Shown: positions 46,830-53,974 of the stretch, one piece after another
Position numbering within the stretch: position 1 is the first letter of the stretch
Layout: the number at the start of each line of letters is the position of its first letter
Virus record (IMG/VR): IMGVR_UViG_3300032087_001678
Location: 1 to 53,974 of that record
Length of the DNA: 53,974 bases
Strand: one strand, 5' to 3'
Origin: a virus
Lineage: Duplodnaviria; Caudoviricetes
Position numbers and translations under genes: made by a program
The notes under the pieces: model-generated
What the model was told of the DNA's origin: nothing
What the model saw: the letters and a program-made list of their open reading frames with translations, nothing else
Database searches by the model: none

Positions 46830-47428
46830 TAATCTTTACCAGTTCCTGGAGCCGTTGACTGGCTTCCCCTTTGTTGTGTGTAATATCCATAACCTAAGCC
46901 TGCTGCTGTTCCAGCTGCACCCAATCCACTTGTAAATCTATTCATACTTTGCTGAGCAATAGCCTTAGATCTTTCTAAACCTAGTGCACCGACATCACCT
47001 AATCCAGCCATAGCTTGACCAGCTTGTCCTTGTCCCATAGCTACAATGTTTTGCATACCTTGATAATATCTATCTACTTGTCCTGATAATGCCTCTGCTG
47101 TTCCTCTACCCATGCCCTGTGCTTGTGCTTGTTGCATTTGAGCTGCTCTTGCTTGATATTGTCCACTTGTAGGATCTGCACCCATAGCAAAAGCTTGTTG
47201 CTGCATATTTCTTCTTGCTGCTTGGAACTCTGGTTGTTGTATAGCTGTTACAAAACCCTCAATACTTTCAAAGGCTGATGGGTCTCTCATTGCAAATACA
47301 TCTGACATATACTGATTTTCTAAAGGAACATAATACTGTTGATAAAGATTAAATCTTTGTGCTGCAATTGATGCTAATGCTTTTTGTGATTTTGTGTCTT
47401 CGATTTTTGTTGAGCCGCCGCCTGACAT
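46829..47428 (-). CDS. putative ejection (DNA-transfer) protein
   Basis: MSGGGS start; Q/A/G-rich; C-terminal GLGAAGTAAGLGYG. Confidence 0.6.
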   Translation of the reverse strand: MSGGGSTKIEDTKSQKALASIAAQRFNLYQQYYVPLENQYMSDVFAMRDPSAFESIEGFVTAIQQPEFQAARRNMQQQAFAMGADPTSGQYQARAAQMQQAQAQGMGRGTAEALSGQVDRYYQGMQNIVAMGQGQAGQAMAGLGDVGALGLERSKAIAQQSMNRFTSGLGAAGTAAGLGYGYYTQQRGSQSTAPGTGKD

Positions 47429-47832
47429 TATAATTCTTTCTCCACTATTAATAATTTAGTTTCATATCCTTTATAAGAAAGTGCTTTAGCTAAACCAACA
47501 TGAGGTGTCCAAAACTCTACTTTATTACATCCTCTTTCTTCTGCCATGTTCTCTATATAGTCCATGTATTTACTGGCTGCTTCGCCTCTCTTATCATATG
47601 CCACCCAAATCAATAACGACTTAGTTGGTTTAAACATATTAGGCTTTTCTTGTAAGATAATGAAACTTTCACAAGGTTCCTGTTCCAGATCTACATAAAG
47701 CTCTGCTATGTTGTTGACTAAAGCTGTATAAATATCTTCAGGTCTCCAATCTGGTTTGGCTTCTTTTTCTATTTCCCGAAGCCCCGCCTGGATGTAGTCC
47801 CAGTAGACTCTTACATCAACCTGTGTCAACAT
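47428..47832 (-). CDS. GNAT-like virion assembly protein
   Basis: LLIWVAY...AEERGCNKVEF...GY; typical position before ejection genes. Confidence 0.6.
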   Translation of the reverse strand: MLTQVDVRVYWDYIQAGLREIEKEAKPDWRPEDIYTALVNNIAELYVDLEQEPCESFIILQEKPNMFKPTKSLLIWVAYDKRGEAASKYMDYIENMAEERGCNKVEFWTPHVGLAKALSYKGYETKLLIVEKEL

Positions 47833-47840
47833 TTTTCTTG

Positions 47841-47870
47841 TAAGATATCACTTTTTATACTATGTATCAA
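47841..47870 (-). promoter_or_regulatory. candidate promoter TTGATA-17-TATCTT with extended -10
   Basis: GTGATATCTTA matches 17905-17915 at 10 of 11 positions. Confidence 0.5.
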
Positions 47871-47872
47871 AG

Positions 47873-48217
47873 CTATTCTCCTGTATCTGTAGGTGGATAT
47901 ACATAATCTATACCATAAATCATAGCTGTAAAGATAGTATTCAAATCTGACTCTTTGGTTGTAAGGATATCTGTTGCCCAACCCAAAGCAATTTCATTGG
48001 TTACAGAGTCAATATGAAGCATCTCATTGTTCTCTAAATCAGCAATTCTTGCGTATGGGCTAAATGTTACCCACTCATCTCTTGTTGCTGTAACGCTTGC
48101 ATCATCGGTTCTTGTTGCAGTTATTTTTACATGGACCTCTGTAATAACTTTTACACCATGCACCAAGTCAGCAGTTAATCTAAGAAATTCGTATTGATAA
48201 TTAAATTCATGAACCAT
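47873..48217 (-). CDS. hypothetical tail-associated protein
   Basis: Follows the second fibre gene. Confidence 0.55.
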   Translation of the reverse strand: MVHEFNYQYEFLRLTADLVHGVKVITEVHVKITATRTDDASVTATRDEWVTFSPYARIADLENNEMLHIDSVTNEIALGWATDILTTKESDLNTIFTAMIYGIDYVYPPTDTGE

Positions 48218-48218
48218 A

Positions 48219-51200
48219 TTAGAATCCTGTTGTTACTGTCCAAGTATCTTGTGTTTCTCCAATTTTTAATATTGCATCTCTAGGTGAAAATGATCCTGAA
48301 GCAGATGTTAGTCTTAATGTAACAGTATCACCGTTGCTAACTGTTCTTGATGCATTTGAGTAAGATCCATTATTAACTTTAAACTCTGCACTCGTATCAG
48401 ATCCTGTTGCAAGTTCAGCAGTTGCACTGGTAAATGAACCGCTAAGGGATACAGTATTACTTGTAATAACTGTGTTTTTAGCTACACCAAATTGATCTGT
48501 GAATGTAAATTGTGCTGGAGCATTAACACCAAACTTAATAAACCTAGCTTCAACAAAATCTACATAAGCTGGGTTAGCATCGCCTTGAGCATAGATAAAA
48601 AAGTTTAATGTACCACTACCTTCGTATCTAAAGGCTAATGGAATGTTAGTAGTATCAGCACTTGATACTAATCTTGATTCATTGACATGACCAGGTAAGT
48701 CTTCAATCCTTGGGCTTTTATATATTACATGAGATGTTGACTCTGATAGCTCTGGAGTATCCCCTGTTGTTGATACATGAGTGTTTACTTGATATGGTGC
48801 AGTTGAAGTTGGACTGCCATTATTGCCAAAAGTTCCATCAGAAATAAAAAATCTTACTGTCTTAACCTGTCCTGTTCCGCCTTTAGCCCTTACATATCCT
48901 TGGTAGAATCCTGCTCCTGTGCCTATCTCAGCTACATGAGCATATCTAAAGTCATTGTAGTAAAAGCCACCCATAGTAGTTCCAGATGTTTTAGCTCCCT
49001 TAGTTGGTAAAGCAAAGTTATCTGTATTTACATTATCTACGGTTATGGTGTTTGCTGTTATCTTCCCGCCTTCGATGGTGGTCGTATTATTATTTATATC
49101 TGCTGCTGATCCACCAGCCTCAACTGGGGTAATGGTTAACTTATTGGCAGTAATGGTATTTGTTTGTATATTGCCACCGTGAATAGAGGTTTGTCCGTCT
49201 GTAGACAGATCTCCTTCTACTATTAAACTATTAGCAGTAATTAAGCCGTTAACATCTATTCTTGCAGCATCTAGAGTTCCTGTTGAAATCTTACCTGCGT
49301 CTAAACTTGCTATCTTGGCATTGTCTATGGCTGCGTCACCAATTTTTGCATTAGTAATAGTTCCGTTTTGAATAAAGGCATCAGACATATAAACGCCTGC
49401 TGGCACTGTCTCACCATTGACAGTTGTAGATGATGTTCTGACAATAAAAGGTATTGATGCGTAAGCACCTGTTGGCGAAACAATTTGAAAGCTGTCTGTT
49501 TGGAAAGTGACATCAACCACTCCTGTTCCAGATGAAGCATTATTTTCAATAACCATACCACCTATTCTTGGCGGACTACTTCCTGCTGCTACTTGTAAAA
49601 CATAGGCTGCCGCTGCATTTCCTTCTATATCAGCAACAGATGTAGATAAAGATGTTACGCTTGCTTCAACACCATCAACATCACTGGTAATCTGAGTGAT
49701 AGCGGAAGCATTCGCTGTAATGCTTGAACCTTGTGAGTTAACGGTAGATTGTAAAGAACTGATAGCTGTTGACTGTCCAGATATATCATCCTCGTTGTCT
49801 TCAATCCTAGAGGTCAATGAAGTAATGCTGGTATTTACAACATCTATAGCATCGTCATTAGCTGTAATCTGAGACTGTAAATTAGTAATACTAGATCCTA
49901 GCCCTGTAATATCACTATCATTGCTACTTACCGCAGTTTGCAATGCTGTAATTGATGAGGCTTGAGATGTGATGGTTCCCTCTGCCGAGGTTAGTCTGCT
50001 ATCCAATCCACTAATCGCTGAGGAGTTTGCTGTAATATCTGTCTCTGCTGAATCTACATCGCCTTGTAAAGTTGTAAGATCATTCTCTAAAGCTGTCACA
50101 TCACTAGATATGCTAGAGATAGTTGTTCCTTGAGAGCTAACAGTAGAATTTAATGTAGAGATCGCACTTGCGTTTGTGCTGACATTAGAATTAGTTGTCG
50201 TTAAATTGTTTTGTAATGTGGTAATACTAGAACTGTTTGAGCTAATATCTGTGCCTTGTTGCGATACGGTGCTTTGTAAAGTAGATATAGCTGAAGAGTT
50301 TGAAGCTATTGCATCATCTCTAACTAGCTCCCACTCTCCTGCTGTTATTTGATCTGCTGTTGCCGAGGCTGCTCTATATAATTTATTGCTATCATCTGTA
50401 TCTATCCATAGATCACCTATAGCTGTAGCTGTAGGAATAGCATCCTGAGCAAATGTTTTTGTCCTGGTATCTACTTCCCCCGAAAGCGTGTTGAGGGATG
50501 TTTGTAAAGCTGTAACAGAGGTAGCTGAAGCCTTAGTATCAATATCATTTTCATTTTGCGTAACCCTAGTATCAAGCCCTGATATCGCTGAAGAGTTGGT
50601 ACTAATGTTTGAGTTAGCATTATTTATTGATGTTGTTAGCGAAGTAATAGATGAATTAATCGCTGTTATATCAGTGTCATTTGATGATACAGAAGATTGT
50701 AGCGTGCTTATTGCTGAGGAATTGGTTGCAATATCTCCTTCTGCTGAAGTTAAATCTGTTTGTAGCGATGTTACATCTGACTGAATAGTTGTAATACTGC
50801 TTTCAGTTGCAGTAACTCTTGTAGTTAGTCCAGATATTGCAGATGTATTAGAAGTTATATTTCCTTCCGCAGTTGTTACATCTGATTCTAAAGATGTGAT
50901 ATCTGACTGAACTGTGGATAAAGTGCCATTAATTGTGGTTATGCTGTTAGTAAGTCCTGTTATAGATGTAGTATTTGCCGAAACATTACTGTTAGTTGTA
51001 CTTAAACTATTTGTGAGAGAAGTGACATCAGAGACTACGGATGTAATGTCTCCGTCATTTGCAGTAATTTGTGTTTGTAGATTGCTAACTGCACTAGCAA
51101 CTGTAGATGTTCCATTGTAGCCAGTTAATGTATTTTCAAGTTCTGTAATGTCTGAAGTTATTGTTGAGATATCTGATTCTGCTGTTGATACCCTGGTAGT

Positions 51201-52319
51201 AAGCTGTGATAAACCTGTGGCATTTGCCTGTAAACCTGTGGATGAATCAGTAATTGCTGAGTTTAAAGAAGTAATATTTACAGATGTAGAAATATTCGCC
51301 TCATCACTGACACCAGCTACTAATAATATATTAGCTGCATTAGACTCAATAGCTAATTCATTAGCATCAATCTGAGATTGTAATGTTGTATCTACTGAAG
51401 ACGCTGCACCTGAAGATGTAGTTGACCAAGAAGATCCTGTCCATATATAAATTTGATTATTGTTGTCAGTCTCAATCCAAATATCTCCAGCCTGTAAAGA
51501 GCTACTATCTGGTCTTGTTGTTGGTGAACTATCAGATCTAATAGTTCTAGTTGATGCTGTGGTTAAACTATCTAAATCATCACTAAGATCTGAAATATCA
51601 CTTGCTGCTGTATTGGCTGTTGATTGTGCAGAAGTTGCTGCTGCCTGAGCCGTATCTACTGCCGAATCTATAGAAGCTACAGCATTTTGCAGGGTTACTG
51701 TTTGTGAATTTAAGTCTACTGTTATAGATGAATTTAATGTTGCAAGCCCTGGTAAGTCTGCTATCTCTTCACCAAGAGACTGCATGATTGCACCAACATC
51801 AACGGCTGTAGAAGCACTAACACCATTTAAAGAATGAAAGCCACTTTTACGCCCATCAACGCTAACATTTCTTAACCAATAGTATCTTGTATTATTTACG
51901 CCAACTTGATGGACAAAGACAGAAGCTGTGACAGAGGCTAAAAATGTTTTAGTTCCAAAAGTATCTGAAGTATTTACCCAAACCTCTGTATGAGAATGAC
52001 CCCTATAAGTTGCGTAGTCCCAGCCTACAATAATGTTTTCAAAGGCACCTGAAGCTGACACTCCAGTTGGTACGGTTGGCTCATCACCTGTTTTTTCATC
52101 ACCACCAATAATAATAAAGTCTTTACCGCCACTGCCAAATGAAAAGTTTCTTTTAGCTATTCCTGAGTCAATAAGATCTCTAAAGGTAACGGCTGAGTCT
52201 AATTTATTTCCTTTTTCCCCTTTGAGCTGGGCTATGGAATCATTTATAGATGTGGCAAAACGCTTGCCTTCTGGATCAAAGCTTCTTGGTACAACAAAGG
52301 TTCCCCTTGTTTTAGCCAT
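48219..52319 (-). CDS. coiled-coil tail fibre/host-specificity protein
   Basis: FN3-like N-terminal part, long S/T-rich heptad stalk, two GD.WI.TD knuckles, AFIQNGTITNAKIG (J/DUF1983-like) and I..GKITA repeats. Confidence 0.75.
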   Translation of the reverse strand: MAKTRGTFVVPRSFDPEGKRFATSINDSIAQLKGEKGNKLDSAVTFRDLIDSGIAKRNFSFGSGGKDFIIIGGDEKTGDEPTVPTGVSASGAFENIIVGWDYATYRGHSHTEVWVNTSDTFGTKTFLASVTASVFVHQVGVNNTRYYWLRNVSVDGRKSGFHSLNGVSASTAVDVGAIMQSLGEEIADLPGLATLNSSITVDLNSQTVTLQNAVASIDSAVDTAQAAATSAQSTANTAASDISDLSDDLDSLTTASTRTIRSDSSPTTRPDSSSLQAGDIWIETDNNNQIYIWTGSSWSTTSSGAASSVDTTLQSQIDANELAIESNAANILLVAGVSDEANISTSVNITSLNSAITDSSTGLQANATGLSQLTTRVSTAESDISTITSDITELENTLTGYNGTSTVASAVSNLQTQITANDGDITSVVSDVTSLTNSLSTTNSNVSANTTSITGLTNSITTINGTLSTVQSDITSLESDVTTAEGNITSNTSAISGLTTRVTATESSITTIQSDVTSLQTDLTSAEGDIATNSSAISTLQSSVSSNDTDITAINSSITSLTTSINNANSNISTNSSAISGLDTRVTQNENDIDTKASATSVTALQTSLNTLSGEVDTRTKTFAQDAIPTATAIGDLWIDTDDSNKLYRAASATADQITAGEWELVRDDAIASNSSAISTLQSTVSQQGTDISSNSSSITTLQNNLTTTNSNVSTNASAISTLNSTVSSQGTTISSISSDVTALENDLTTLQGDVDSAETDITANSSAISGLDSRLTSAEGTITSQASSITALQTAVSSNDSDITGLGSSITNLQSQITANDDAIDVVNTSITSLTSRIEDNEDDISGQSTAISSLQSTVNSQGSSITANASAITQITSDVDGVEASVTSLSTSVADIEGNAAAAYVLQVAAGSSPPRIGGMVIENNASSGTGVVDVTFQTDSFQIVSPTGAYASIPFIVRTSSTTVNGETVPAGVYMSDAFIQNGTITNAKIGDAAIDNAKIASLDAGKISTGTLDAARIDVNGLITANSLIVEGDLSTDGQTSIHGGNIQTNTITANKLTITPVEAGGSAADINNNTTTIEGGKITANTITVDNVNTDNFALPTKGAKTSGTTMGGFYYNDFRYAHVAEIGTGAGFYQGYVRAKGGTGQVKTVRFFISDGTFGNNGSPTSTAPYQVNTHVSTTGDTPELSESTSHVIYKSPRIEDLPGHVNESRLVSSADTTNIPLAFRYEGSGTLNFFIYAQGDANPAYVDFVEARFIKFGVNAPAQFTFTDQFGVAKNTVITSNTVSLSGSFTSATAELATGSDTSAEFKVNNGSYSNASRTVSNGDTVTLRLTSASGSFSPRDAILKIGETQDTWTVTTGF

Positions 52320-53926
52320 TAGGTAATCTCCTGTGGGCTTTCATAAACACAAACTTCATTAACAATATCAGTTCCCTCAAGTTGTATTTCAAAAGACTTA
52401 GCTCTGTATCCTCCTGGTAGTCTAAATATTTCAGAATTGGTAACAGTCTGAGTATGTTTTAGACTGCCATCAGCATAAAGTTTGAATGTTAAAGAACTGT
52501 ATGATTCTGCACTAACCTTAGCAACGCCTGGTGATATAGGTCTATTGGTGTAAAACTCTTTAGACTTCCATGTATAAGTTCTTCTAGTTGAACCTTGAAC
52601 AAACTTTTTCAAAGTACCATCAATTACTAAATATAAAATATCTTCTTCTCTGTCATTAAATCCTGCTGTTGCATAAAAATCTAAATCAACAAAAGCATTC
52701 TTTTGTCCTCTTGGATCAAACAAAAATCCTTTTTTGGTAGATGAATTTGAGCCGTCCCAAGTAAATGCTATGTATTTGCCTTCGTATTCGTATGCATCAA
52801 TGTTGCTTGGGTAGTAATCTTGCCATTGATCTCTTGTAAATATTTGTTCTGTTATAAGCTGTATGCCTGAGTTAGACGCTAAAACCAAACCATCTGGAGA
52901 TGCGTATATAGCATACTCACCCATATCAACTAACGATCTCTTGTTTGAACAAGGTAAGTTAGCATCTATTTCTACCATAGCCATAGCACTTGGATCTGTA
53001 CCTGAAGCCATCAAAGGCTTGCCTTTGGTTGTTACTAATAAACCTGAGGCTATAGAAGCTATTGCAACTATGTCATCTTTAGTTGTTAATTGATTCGCTA
53101 AAGGATAAGAATGTGGTAAAAAAGCTTCACTAAATAATAAAGTGTTACCAGCAAAGCCAGCAGTTATGCCGTTTGGCATGGTAGTAAGTCCTAACAATGG
53201 TCCATCTGGATGATCTGCTGATGTATCGTCTGGTGGTGCTAAATTGTCTGCTGATTCTATTTCTTCCCCGAGAGAGGCGTCTAGAACTGTATCAGTAATT
53301 GTGTGTGCTGTTGTCGTGCTTGTATCACCAACAAATCTAAAGATACCATTAACATCCGTTCTGTAAATTCTTCTTTTAGCTATTGAGTAATTCCCTGATG
53401 TTATGGCAGGCAGTTGCACGGATACTGTAGAACCGTTTGCTGCATCTACAATGTCGCTTGAAGTTACAGGTGATGGTGGTCCTTCTTCGCCAAAGCTTGT
53501 TACTTCGGTATATAAATATGCTCTAGAGCTTACTTCAGCTCCTGCATCTGCTGATGAATTATCTACACTAATGCTAGTAATAGCTGCTGGAGTAGGTAGC
53601 CCAAGTCTAAATGTTGCTGCTGGATAAGGACCAGATCCTGTAAAAAGGGTAGAGCTGTTGCCATACTTAGGAAAAGTCCCAAAACCAGTAAAATAAAATC
53701 GTCCATATTGATCCTCTTTAATTGGACTTTCTACAACATCAACCTCATCTGTAAAGGTAAACCACTGATTTGCGGATGCTTTATAGATAGTTTTAGTGGT
53801 ACCTGATATATTGCTTGCTGGATGTGAGCTTGGCTCTGAAGAGTCATCAACATCAACAGGCAAGCCTTCTAGCCTACCAGAATCTAAAAAAGCATTCTCT
53901 GTGCTTTGTGCCATATCTTCTGGCAA
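52319..53926 (-). CDS. tail nozzle/tail tubular protein B (true start at 103 across the junction)
   Basis: RAYLYT.VT.FGEEGPPS, RRIYRT, FSEAFLPHSYP and YASPDGLV beta-propeller-like motifs. Confidence 0.75.
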   Translation of the reverse strand: MPEDMAQSTENAFLDSGRLEGLPVDVDDSSEPSSHPASNISGTTKTIYKASANQWFTFTDEVDVVESPIKEDQYGRFYFTGFGTFPKYGNSSTLFTGSGPYPAATFRLGLPTPAAITSISVDNSSADAGAEVSSRAYLYTEVTSFGEEGPPSPVTSSDIVDAANGSTVSVQLPAITSGNYSIAKRRIYRTDVNGIFRFVGDTSTTTAHTITDTVLDASLGEEIESADNLAPPDDTSADHPDGPLLGLTTMPNGITAGFAGNTLLFSEAFLPHSYPLANQLTTKDDIVAIASIASGLLVTTKGKPLMASGTDPSAMAMVEIDANLPCSNKRSLVDMGEYAIYASPDGLVLASNSGIQLITEQIFTRDQWQDYYPSNIDAYEYEGKYIAFTWDGSNSSTKKGFLFDPRGQKNAFVDLDFYATAGFNDREEDILYLVIDGTLKKFVQGSTRRTYTWKSKEFYTNRPISPGVAKVSAESYSSLTFKLYADGSLKHTQTVTNSEIFRLPGGYRAKSFEIQLEGTDIVNEVCVYESPQEIT

Positions 53927-53974
53927 AAGTCTTGGAGAGATCTTTTTATTAAGTCCACTAAATGTTGTAAGTTT
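53884..53974. repeat. 91-bp terminal direct repeat, copy 2
   Basis: Identical to 1-91. Confidence 0.97.

Overview
A complete, circularly permuted, AT-rich tailed-phage genome of about 53,883 bp; bases 1-91 repeat exactly at 53884-53974. The gene content looks like a marine, probably temperate, podovirus-type phage. It encodes terminase, portal, scaffold, capsid, adaptors, nozzle, two large fibres, ejection proteins including a >2000-aa LPD38-type protein, an initiator plus DnaB replication pair, ERF/YqaJ recombination genes and a tyrosine integrase. I found no DNA polymerase, tRNA or CRISPR array. The main surprise is a translationally coupled envelope module inside the late operon (5619 to 601, minus strand): small membrane protein, CsgF, CsgG, secreted curlin-like repeat protein, FecR-domain protein and a CHASE2 class III adenylate cyclase, followed by a holin-like gene. 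This suggests a curli-channel-coupled trans-envelope cAMP signalling system. Also notable are a canonical type I hammerhead ribozyme in the early operon (26346-26420), a TMEM65-like mini membrane protein, a DUF5675 protein with an L,D-transpeptidase-like motif as candidate endolysin, a chain of seven Lys-rich micro-proteins and an iteron-like origin. All family assignments come from recognising motifs by eye; no searches were run.
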